From the NCBI GenBank assembly GCA_025603075.1, contig MU626283.1:1-64000 (forward strand): a stretch of DNA of 64,000 nt, written 5' to 3'. How positions within the stretch are numbered: position 1 is the stretch's first letter; every line of letters begins with the position of its first letter. Positions 24,882 through 37,585 of this stretch are shown piece by piece. The stretch comes from Neoconidiobolus thromboides FSU 785. Its lineage: Eukaryota > Fungi > Entomophthoromycota. The position numbers and the translations under genes are program-made. A model generated the notes under the pieces. That model ran no database searches. It saw only the letters and a list, made by a program, of their open reading frames with translations, and was not told the DNA's origin.

Positions 24882-25630
24882 ATGAATTTAAAGCCTCAAT
24901 TGTTTTTAATTATACTTGGAATTTTATTTCATCTCATTTATATCTTTTCCATTTTTGATATTTATTTTACTTCTCCTCTTGTGAAAGGACAAGAGTCGTA
25001 TAAAGTAGAATTACCACCATTAGCTAAACGATTAGTATTGATAGTAGGTAAGTCATTATTTAGATGAATTATATTTTATAAAACTTTCTTTTATACTAAT
25101 ATTTTCTTCAATTCATAGGTGATGGTTTAAGAGCAGATACCTTTTATAAAGATAATCCAAAAGTATTGGCACCGTTTTTACATTCGATTATTAGAGAAAA
25201 AGGTAGCGGTGGTATTTCTAATACTAGAGTACCAACTGAATCGAGACCAGGTCATGTGGCTATTATTGCAGGATTTTATGAAGATGTGTCAGCTGTAACA
25301 AAAGGTATTATTTGATATATCAACTAAATTAAAGAAATCATTATAAAGAAAGTTAAAAAAAGTATATGAAAATTGAATCCATCGATAGAAATTAATTAAA
25401 ATATTCCAATAGTAATTAATTAAAAATGTTTTAGGTTGGTCATTAAATCCAGTACCTTTTGATTCTGTATTTAATCAATCAAATAAAGTGTTTTCTTATG
25501 GCTCACCAGATATATTACCTATGTTTAAAGAAGGAGCAAAATATCCAGAAAATGTAATTTGTAGTATGTATCATGAAGATGAAGAAGATTTTTCAAAAGG
25601 TAAACATTATTAAGAGTATTATAAATTATT

Positions 25631-25708
<78 letters not shown>

Positions 25709-26821
25709 TTGATCAATTTTTTAACATTCAATACTTAGATCCTCGTAAATTAGATGAATGGGTATTTAATGAATTATCTCAACATTTAAATGAAACATCC
25801 AAAGAAAAGGATTTTAAACAAGAAAAAAACGTAATATTTTTACATATGTTAGGATTAGATACAGCAGGTCATGGTTATCGACCTAATAATCAAAAATATA
25901 AAGACTCAATGATTTATTTGGATCAAAAAATCAAAGAAATTTATCATTTAATTGAAAACTATTATGGAGACAATGAAACAGCTTATCTTTTTACTTCAGA
26001 TCACGGGATGGGGAATTTGGGTAAATATTTTTTGTTTATTTAATATATTAAATATAAAATTAAAAAATGATTGAAAAAGGTAAATGAATTAATAAAGTAT
26101 TTCTCTATATTAGGTTCTCATGGTGATGGTCATCCTGACAATACTAGAACTCCTATTGTGGCCTGGGGTAAAGGTATTAAAAAGAGTCAAATTAATGAAA
26201 ACGAAATAGAAGAAGAAGAATTTAAATCATGGAAAATTAGTTCCTATTTCAAAAAAAGTTTAAACCAAGCAGATATTGCTCCATTAATGGTAAGTCTATT
26301 AATTAATAATAAAAATCAATTGTGATTTGATTATGTAAGATTCAATTATTAATACTTTTTTATTAGTCTTCTTTATTAGGAATTAATTTCCCAATGAATT
26401 CAGTAGGTAAATTGCCGTTAGATTATTTAGATGCCAATGATTCTTTTTTAGCTGAAGCTAAATTAGTTAATGTAAAACAAATTTTACATCAATATATTGT
26501 TAAAGAAGGTAAATTAATATCAATAAAATAGATTAAATAATGTAATAAATAAATAAAATAGAATTAAAACAACAGAATGAACTATTTTATGAAAAGTATC
26601 ACTTTAGAAGTTATCAAGAACCATCTGAAATTGTGAATAATATACAAAATTTAATTCAACAAGAAAAATATAATAAGGCTATCATTGAATCAGATTTGTT
26701 TATCGATGAATTATTACAAGCATTAAGATATTTACAAACTTATGATTGGTTATTTTTAAGAACTATTATTACTTTAGGTTATTTAGGTTGGATTATATTT
26801 ACATTAATATTTATATTGGAA

Positions 26822-26865
<44 letters not shown>

Positions 26866-28647
26866 AAAGTATAATATGAGCAATAATATTAATTATGAAA
26901 AAATAATTCATTTAATAAGTATAATTACATTAATTATAATGTATATTATTTTATATAAAAAACAATCCCCCTTATTTTATTTTGGCTATATATTATTTCC
27001 AATTTATTTTTGGAATCAAACTATTATTAATAGAAATAGTTTAATTACTGCAGTTAAAAATATGAAAATTAGTAAATTGATTCAAGTAGTAATTATTACT
27101 TTAGTTTGTTTGGAATTAATGGTAAGTCAATAGTTGATTATTATATACAATAATAATTAAAATGTTATAAAGTATTATGAATTTTTAATAAATTTTGTTT
27201 TTAATTAGGTATTTTCTTATTTTAAAAGAAGTATATTATCCTTTGGGTTTTTATTATTAGCTATTTTACCATGGTTAAAAATCAGTCAAACTCAAGTTCA
27301 AAACAGATTATTGTCAATTTGGAGTATTGTTTGTTTAATGAATGCTGTTTTCCCTACATTTTCGGTTGAAAAAGTAGAAGATATTAATTTAGTGTAAGTT
27401 TTAACTTTTAATTTTCAAGTTAAAAAATTAATTAATAAATACTTTATTAATTAGTGTTTTTGGTGGATTTATTATTATATTAATTGGATTGATTGGTGTT
27501 TATTTTGCTAAAGAATTAATACCTTCAGCAGTCATTAGTTTTGAAAGTGATAATAAAAGAAAGCAAAGTGATGAGAGTATTAAAAACGAAATATTAGAAG
27601 TTCGTAAAAGATTATTAATACAAGTAAGATTAGTTTATTATTTTGTTACAAAAATAATTTAATTAATATATATTTGTACTTATATTTATATTTATTAGAT
27701 ATTGTTTGTAATTATATCAATAATACAAATGTATTTAAGTAGTAATCAATTAAAATTAAGACATCGAAATGAAAATTTAGTATTAGCTAAATTTGAAGAT
27801 GTAGGAGATATTGTACCACCTTATTTACATTATTTAGGTTGGTTAATATTATCCATTTCAATTATTTATTTAATTTTAATTAATAACATAAAACAACATT
27901 ATTTATTAAAATTAATATCAATTTTTTTGGCATTTGCACCAAGTTATATTATTTTATCAATATCGTAAGTTATTTCTTTTTTTTCTGTTTTTTAAAGACT
28001 AAATTAATTATTATTTTAGATATGAAATTCTGTTTTATTCTACATTGTTTGGATTATTGTTTACTTGGATTATTATGGAACAAATCAACTTTAAAAATAA
28101 GCAATTAGTGATAATCAATAATAATAGCAATAACAATAATAATAATAACAATAATAATAATATAAGTATAAATCAATTATTTCAAAAATTAAGTTTAAAC
28201 GAATTAAAACAAAGTTTATTGTTTTTATTTTTAATCAATGTATCTTTCTTTAGTTGTGGTAATATGGCATCAATCTCTTCCTTTTCACTTGAAGCAGTTT
28301 ATCGATTAACGGTTAAATTCAATCCCTTCTTGATGGGCACATTATTAATCTTCAAGATATTAATTCCCTTCTTTTTATTATCTTCTACTATAACAATTAT
28401 TAATCAATTGTTGAATTTAGAACCATTTTCTATCTTCTTATTAAGTTTATCATTAACTGATATAATGACTTTAAATTTTTTCTTTTTAGTTAAAGATGAA
28501 GGTTCTTGGTTGGAAATTGGTACTTCCATTTCTCATTTTATTATTGCTAGTTCTTTTGTTTTGTTTATTACACTTCTTTACTTTTTGGCTTACTTACTTA
28601 CAAAATGGACAATGTTACCTAAGTATAAAAGTTTAAAGATGAAATAA
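24882..28647 (+). CDS. MCD4: GPI ethanolamine phosphate transferase 1 (PIG-N), multi-exon
   Basis: [88 protein letters not shown] and a C-terminal [15 protein letters not shown]. Confidence 0.97.
25632..25708 (+). repeat. (AAT)n microsatellite of about 25 units in an MCD4 intron
   Basis: Uninterrupted ATA/AAT run read directly. Confidence 0.95.
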
Positions 28648-28761
28648 AATGAAATAAAATGAAAAAAAAGGATGAAAAAGAAAAGAAAAGAATAAAAATG
28701 AGAAATTAATATTATCACTTTTATTATTATTATTAAATAAATAGTTTAATAGAATTTATTT

Positions 28762-30089
28762 TTATTCTAATTTTTTCATTAAATAATCTATTTTATCATT
28801 TAAATTTGGTATTTCTTTCAGTAAACAATTTAATTGATTTTGACTTTCATTATAACTTTGAGAATATTTTATAAGTTGATTTTCTAATTGATTTTTTTTC
28901 AATTGTAATTTTTCAATTTCTTGATATAACTGTTGATTATTATCTACTTCATTTATATTATCATCAGTGACAAGTTCATTATTCCTTTTTAATAACTTAA
29001 TTTTCAATTCTTCTTTTTCTTTTTTTTGTTGTTTCAATAATTCTAATTTATTTTCATAATGTTTTTTCTGTATCTCCAACTGAATTTCCAATAATTCCAC
29101 TTCATCCTCAGAATATTTCCCCTTCTTTCCCATTTGTAATTCCAAATCAATTTCCTTTTCTTTACTACTAGTAGTTACTCTACCATCATTAATCAATTTT
29201 TCATAAATAAAATCCAATAATTGATTATCTTTTAATCTTAATCCGATTGAATGTTGATAATCTTTACAATGGCTACTTGTATGTTGAAAACAACCTTTAA
29301 ACCCACAAATTAAGCATAAATATCGTTCTAAATTATCCGTACATGAATGACATGAATCTTTTTTTTCATTTTTAAATTCTTCTATCACTTGGAAATGCGA
29401 ATGACGACATAATGGACACCTAATGAGTATTAATTATTAATTTCTTTTTAATTACTCTAAATATATAAATAAAATTCCTTACTTAGTTTCGTTCCAATTG
29501 AGCATACAGTTGGCATGAAATATGTGACCACATGATAAAGTTAATGTTGAAAACTTACTATCTAATATCAGTCTATCTAAACATACAGCACAATGAGATA
29601 GTTCCATTGAGTTATCTGAAAATAAAATTAAATTTTTACTAATACTTAAACTGTTGTTAAATACTTGTTGTTGATAACATAATGTGTTAATTTTTTTAAA
29701 TGAGTTGGAATTATTCTATTTGAGAAATTAATAAGTTAATTAATATATTTAAGTTTTAAATTAAACTAATTTACCTTTAAATAAAATTCTATATTCGCTT
29801 CTTTTTTTAATTCAATGATACAATGAAATTTTTTATCTTGATTTTTTTTATCCAAAATAAATAGCATCTCATTAACATTTTCCAACTCAATATTACTCTT
29901 TTGTAATGTTTCACTGACATTATAATATGTCGGGATATCTTTCCATAATAATAGATTAGAAAATGGTGAAATTAATTGTTGGTTGGGTGATAAAATGTCT
30001 TCCTTTCTTGAATTATTATATTTATAAAATTGATATTCGGATGTAGATTCATTAAAAGAGCCATAGAATATACTGTCTTTATAATTCAT
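28762..30089 (-). CDS. BRAP2/Etp1-like paralog A: divergent BRAP2 domain, intact RING-H2, degenerate ZnF-UBP, coiled coil (3 exons)
   Basis: Spliced: ...EFYLK|NNSNSF...CAVCLDRL...CGHIFHANCMLNWNETK|CPLCRH...CHSC...YLCLICGFKGCFQHTSSHCKDYQH..., followed by an E/K/Q-rich coil. Confidence 0.85.
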
Positions 30090-30298
30090 TTTTTTATCAA
30101 TAATTTAAAAACGTTTAAAATTATAACGAGTGAAATCTATTTAATATTTTATTCCATTAAATGAACCTGAATTTTGTTAGTAATTTAACTTTCAAAAAAT
30201 GCCATGTTTTTTAACAACCAATCAATTTCATCAGAGTGATAGTTAATTTCAATATAAGCTTTTAAAATAATCACATCACTTTTATTTCCATTAAAATA

Positions 30299-31940
30299 AT
30301 GCATACTATTCAATTCCAATTATCAACGGACTATAAACAAAGGATAAAATCAAACATATTATCTCACTCGTCCAAATCAACTTTACAAAAAGAACTTCCA
30401 ACACTATTAGAAACTATAACAAATTGGAAAACAATCCACCCTTCACTAGATATTCCTGATTTACCTTCCTTTTTAAATTTACCATTTAATTTATATAATA
30501 AGTATTTCAAATTAAACTTAGGTGGATGCTATCTATTTGATTTCAATTTAAGTCATAATATAACTACATCTACAACCCCTAACCTTAGTCTTAGTGGTAT
30601 TAATTTTAGTTTTTCACCAGAAAAATCAAAAACATTTATAACAGTAAAAAATTATAATTTAGGCTCCAATACTAGTTTTCATTTATATAAAGAAAGGAGT
30701 GATATATTATTAAATAAATTAGATACAAAAGAGGAATTATTACTTGGTAATGATAATGATAATTTGGTTTCTATTGTTGGTATACCCAAAGAATATACTT
30801 TATTAAAGTTATTGAATTTTTTTGATGCTTATTTAGCAAGTAAAGAATTAAAGAAGATTAATTTATTGATTAGTTATAAAGAAGATGAAATGAAATTGAT
30901 ATTTAATCTAAATTTTATCAATTTTAATACTGCATTAGAGTTCTATAACCATTTCAATGGTCAACCTTTTGAAAACAATCAAGTAAGTTTTATATTCATT
31001 TATTATCATAATTTTATATTTACACTTTATATTTTATATTTAGTCATCTTATTGTTTTGTTTTGTTTACTCAGTTTAATTTATCCTTATCTACTCAATCT
31101 TCCCAATCTTCTCCTAAATATCATTGGGAATTACCTATGTGTATAAATTGTTTATTAAGATTAGATATTCAAGTCACCGGTTTAAGAGATATACCCAATA
31201 ATTTAAATAACATTCCTGAAATTCAACATAATTTTCATTGTAAAACATGTAGAATAATCAATCAAGATTTACAATTAAATGAAGGCTGTAATACATGTGG
31301 ATTTCAGCAAGATTCATGGATTTGTATGTTATGTTCTCATATTGGTTGTGGTCGATATTATCAAGCTCATGCTAGAAAACATTTCGAAGATACTAAACAT
31401 ACTTTGGCTTTAGAATTAAAAACAAATAGAATTTGGGATTATATTAGTGATAAATATCAACATCGAATTGACGATAAAGTGGATATTAATGAGAGTAGAA
31501 AAAGTAAGATAGACAGCGTGAAGATGGAGGAAATACAAAGATTAAGTGAAGAATTATATCGACAAGGTATTGAATTTGAAAAAGAAATAAGTCAGTTGGA
31601 AAAAGATTGTAATGAGTTAGATATTGAAAATCAAGATATTGAAATGGAATATCAATTAAGAGTTAAAGAGAAGAACAAAACAATCCAAAAAAAAGTGAAA
31701 AAAGAAAAAAAATTAATATTCAAAAAAAAAGAATTGGAAGAAAATATTAATGAACAAAGTTTATTATTAAAAAATATAATTCAAAATAATTTATCAATAC
31801 AAAAAGAATTAAAACAAGCAGAATTAAATTATAATGAATTAAAAGATCAATTTCAAGATTTGTCTTTTTTTTTAAATTCGAAATTAAAGATTCAAAATGA
31901 TCTTATTGAAGCTGATAATGGCACTTTAATTTTAAAGTAA
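30299..31940 (+). CDS. BRAP2/Etp1-like paralog B: BRAP2 domain, degenerate RING, intact ZnF-UBP, coiled coil (2 exons)
   Basis: IVGIPKEYT...ALEFYNHFNGQPFENNQ|SSYCFVLF; ELPMCINCLLRLD...QHNFHCKTCR; WICMLCSHIGCGRYYQAHARKHF...RIWDYISDKYQHR. Confidence 0.88.
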
Positions 31941-31995
31941 TAAAAAGGCAATATTTATTTCGAGTTTAAATTTTTATAATTTTACTTGATTCAAA

Positions 31996-33653
<1,658 letters not shown>

Positions 33654-34069
33654 TTGTAATAATTTTTTTTTATGTAGAAGAAATAACTGAAAATTGAATA
33701 ATTCGATATTTATAAGAATTTAAAGTGTTACCGAAATGATGAGATCATGCAAAATTTGATTGGTTTCTTTCATTTTGAAATTTTGAAATTTTGCAATTGT
33801 GATATATTTACTAATTTTAGATTTGATAATAAACTCAAAGGATAGAATAAAAACTATAATTCTTATGAATATCAAATTATAATAGGTTCAATATCGATTA
33901 TTTTTGTATATTTAAAAGCGTAGTTTTTGTTATAGATTATCAATATCAAAAAACTATATGTGATTAGTAATCCTACTGAGTAAGAATGTACTTAGATGGG
34001 GGAGTTTGATTTTGAAGTTGAAAACTAAATTCGAAAATTTGAAAAATGTCCACTATTTTTTAAATATGT

Positions 34070-34166
34070 GGAGATGTATTTGTTTAAGAATTTTACTAGC
34101 AATCTTTCTACTTGAATAGATAATGTTTAAAAAAAAAGAAAAAAGTAATGAAACTAAAACATTTTC
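34070..34166 (+). mobile_element. ~98-bp MITE copy (degenerate) with a perfect TSD
   Basis: ATGT|GGAGATGT...ACATTTTC|ATGT. Confidence 0.8.
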
Positions 34167-34507
34167 ATGTATATGCTGTAAAGTTTATGATCATTTTAAA
34201 ATATTTTTATGTATAAATATTTTTGAGGGTTAAATAAATGAAAATTAGTAAACTCAAAAATTAGATCAAACTCTAATAGTCTAATAATAATTTTAATAGA
34301 TTTTTTAAAAGTAGTATTAATTTTTGAATACCATTTTTTGAGCTTGTAAATAGTTACACAAAGTTGAATCATTAAAAATAAAAATATTTTAAGTATCTTG
34401 AATCAAATCAAATAGAAATTAAATAGTTGACAAAAAAATACATTATTAGCAAAGCTAAAGACTAGCGCTATCTTATGCGTATAACAGCTCATTATATGGG
34501 GATGTAT

Positions 34508-34602
34508 GAGGGTGTTTTTTTGGCTTCATCACTTTTTTCATCTTTCAAGCGCTATTTGAGTAAAAAATTGTTAATAAAATTCTTACACAAAAATACATTC
34601 TC
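34508..34602 (-). mobile_element. ~98-bp MITE copy, preceded by a 10-bp terminal fragment
   Basis: ATAT GGGGATGTAT GAGGGTGT...ACATTCTC|ATAT. Confidence 0.85.
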
Positions 34603-34813
34603 ATATGCTTTTTGGGAAAATTTATTTTTATTTAACTTAAAATCAATACTGTAAATTTTTTTTATCACTCTTCACTGGCAAACTAAAATTATTTTTAAAA
34701 AAGATACTGAATCTGCAAAAAATAAATAGTTTAAAGTATCATTCAGTCACCAATAATCCCTAATAAATAGCTTAAATGATTAAAAAAACTAATAAATTAA
34801 TAGAATAAATATT

Positions 34814-34851
34814 ACAAAAGAATACAAAAGAATACAAAGAATACAAAAGAA
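34814..34851 (+). repeat. Short tandem repeat (ACAAAAGAAT) x about 4
   Basis: Read directly, 40 bp upstream of tRNA-Val. Confidence 0.8.
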
Positions 34852-34891
34852 CATTAGGTTATAATCTTTTTACTAACATTAAAAGAACGGA

Positions 34892-34965
34892 GTTTCCGTG
34901 GTGTAGTTGGTTATCACATCTGTCTAACACACAGAAGGTCTCCAGTTCGAATCTGGACGGAAACA
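34892..34965 (+). tRNA. tRNA-Val(AAC)
   Basis: Acceptor GTTTCCG/CGGAAAC, anticodon arm TCTGT-CTAACAC-ACAGA, T loop TTCGAAT. Confidence 0.95.
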
Positions 34966-35300
34966 TGATTCTTTTTTCTTCCTTTTAGAAAAGGATTAGC
35001 TCCCAAGTATATCTATAATTTAGTGAAGTATACGCCACAATAGTAATGTTTTGAACGCTCGAAAATTCGATAATAAAAAGTCAATGTATCTACTTGACAA
35101 ACAAAAGAGTATTGTCAATAGTGATTTGAGTATTTTAATATATGTCTGATTTAGTATAAAATCCTAACAGCTTGGAGAGATTTTTAACTCCTAATAGGGA
35201 CTAAAAATGATAAAATAACCATTTAAATAACCAATGAAATGAAACCTCGTCAATTTTTAAGTTTTCGAAATATTGAACTAAAAAATATCTTTTATTCAAA

Positions 35301-36806
35301 ATGCAATTCAATGCAAGCATTTATTTGATATTAGTAATATTAATCGGGTTTATTTTAAGTGATAGTGAATATTATGATCGATTAGGGGTTAAGAGAAGTA
35401 GTAGTAAATCAGAAATCAAAAAAGCATACAAAAAATTAAGCAAAAAATATCATCCTGATAAGAATAATAATGATGAACAAGCTAAAGAAAAATTTGTTAA
35501 AATATCAGAAGGTAGTTATTTTTGTTTTATCTTAAATTAGCAACAATAATTCTACTATAATTTTTTAGCTTATGAAGTGTTGGTCGATGATGAGTTAAGA
35601 AGGAAGTATGATAAATATGGTAAAGAAGGTTTAAAACAAGGTGGTGGCGGAAGTCATCCATTTCAAGACCCGTTTGATTTATTCGAATCGTAATTTATAC
35701 TTTTCTAATCAAATCTAAATTAATACTGATATTAATAGTTTCTTTGGCGGTGGCTCTGGGCGTAATTTCGATTAAGAAAAAAAGAATAATTTAATTAATA
35801 CATTCATATAGATCATCGTCATAGAGAAAGAAAAGCAGCGCCATTGAAAATGATGCTACAAGTTTCATTAGAGGATTTATATAATGGAAAAGAATATGAA
35901 GTAAGTTGAATTATTTTTGTTATCCATTTTAATATTTATAATTTTATTAGGTAGAAATATCAAAGCAAGTCATTTGTCCTAAATGTCGCGGTAGCGGAGC
36001 CAAAGATAGTAATGATGTAAAGAAATGTGATGCTTGTCAAGGACGTGGAATAAGAATAATAACTCAACAAATAGCGCCAGGATTTATACAACAAGTACAA
36101 ACAACGTAATATTAATTTTTGTAGTATAAATCTATCTTATCTAAAAATACATTATTTAGTTGTGATAAATGTAATGGCAAAGGTAAAGTTATTAAAGCAA
36201 AATGTCCGATTTGTGGTGGTCATAAAGTGATCCGTGATAATGAAATGTTATCCATTGTAGTGGAACGTGGTATGGCAAATGATCATGTTATTTTATTAGA
36301 AGGTGAATCAGATCAATCACCTGATCATCCTCCAGCCGATATTCAAATAATGCTAAATACTTTGAAACATGAACGATTTGAAAGGAATGGTTCTGATCTT
36401 CATACCGAGTTTGAAATTCCTTTATTAGATGTAGCTTATTTTTTATTTTCTGTTTATTTTTTATCTAATGTTATTTAAACAGGCTCTTGTCGGATTCAGC
36501 CGTACGCTTATTCATTTAGATAATAGAGAAGTACTTTTAGAGAGAGACCAAGTTACACCATCAGGTAAAATATTATATTTTTAGTTATAATAATATTAAT
36601 CTCATCGATCCAGGATATGTACAATTAATTGAAGATGAAGGTATGCCAACTCATGAGTTACCTTCTGAGAAAGGCAACTTGTATGTTAAATATAAAGTGA
36701 TCTATCCAACTGTTTTAGACGATAGTGTTAAAGAAGGTAGACTTAGTTTAAAAAATGAAAAGTAAATTATTAATTGTTTTTAGCTTTAAGAGAGTTATTA
36801 AAATAG
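35301..36806 (+). CDS. SCJ1: ER-lumenal type I DnaJ (Scj1-like), multi-exon
   Basis: Signal peptide, J domain with YHPDKN, four CxxCxGxG repeats and the C-terminal DnaJ domain (GEGMP-like DEGMP). Confidence 0.88.
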
Positions 36807-37585
36807 TATATATAAATATCACTTTATATATACCCAAATAAAATAAGATTCTATTAATATTTTTATACTATCATCCCTTTTGTATTTGTATTTGAATTAC
36901 GGTATAAAAATACAAGAACTACTTGTTAAAAATAGATATGAAATGGATAAGGTTGGACTTGGCCGTTTTATTTAGTAATTCAAAAGCTATTGAATATGAA
37001 TAAATTATTTTTGAAGTAAAACTGTACTCTATTTAATATTCAAAATTTGAATTTTAACAAATATAATTGACAGCCTTTTAAAACGAAATTTTTAATAAAC
37101 TAGCACTGTTTTTAACAACTATAAAAGATAAAGCTTAATATAATATAGCTTGAGTTAATTTCCAACTTTATCACAAATTAAAAAGAAGCGTTTATTAAAC
37201 ATTATTGCTATTTGCATCTTCATGTTTAGTTATTATATGCTATTTTGAAGTATTAGCGCTACTAAGTATAAAATCGAATTATAGTTTTTTTTTTTAATTT
37301 TTACAATTATCTAAAATGCTTCATAATCAAAAGGTGGAGCTTCCGTAGTATTGTTGCTAATCATACTTGCGCAAGATATACAAAATTTGTATCGCTTCTC
37401 TAGAGACTAAAACAGTATATAGACTGCTTAACACTTAGAAAGACTCTGCTTAGAATTTGAATAGGAACATATTCATTCTCCTATGTGATTTTTTTAGTCA
37501 ATTAAAAAATAACACATAGGCCAAAATTAAAATAAAAATAAAATGGCTAAACTAAAAAGATCATTTTTTAAAATAAAACTACATT

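Noticed and set aside
36784-36806. Scj1-like protein ends LRELLK without HDEL/KDEL
   Set aside because: ER DnaJ proteins such as ERdj3 also lack a retrieval signal, and the last exon call is uncertain.
37385-37420. ATCGCTTCTC resembling the U2 snRNA 5' end
   Set aside because: The branch-point recognition sequence (GTGTAGTA) and stem I do not follow.
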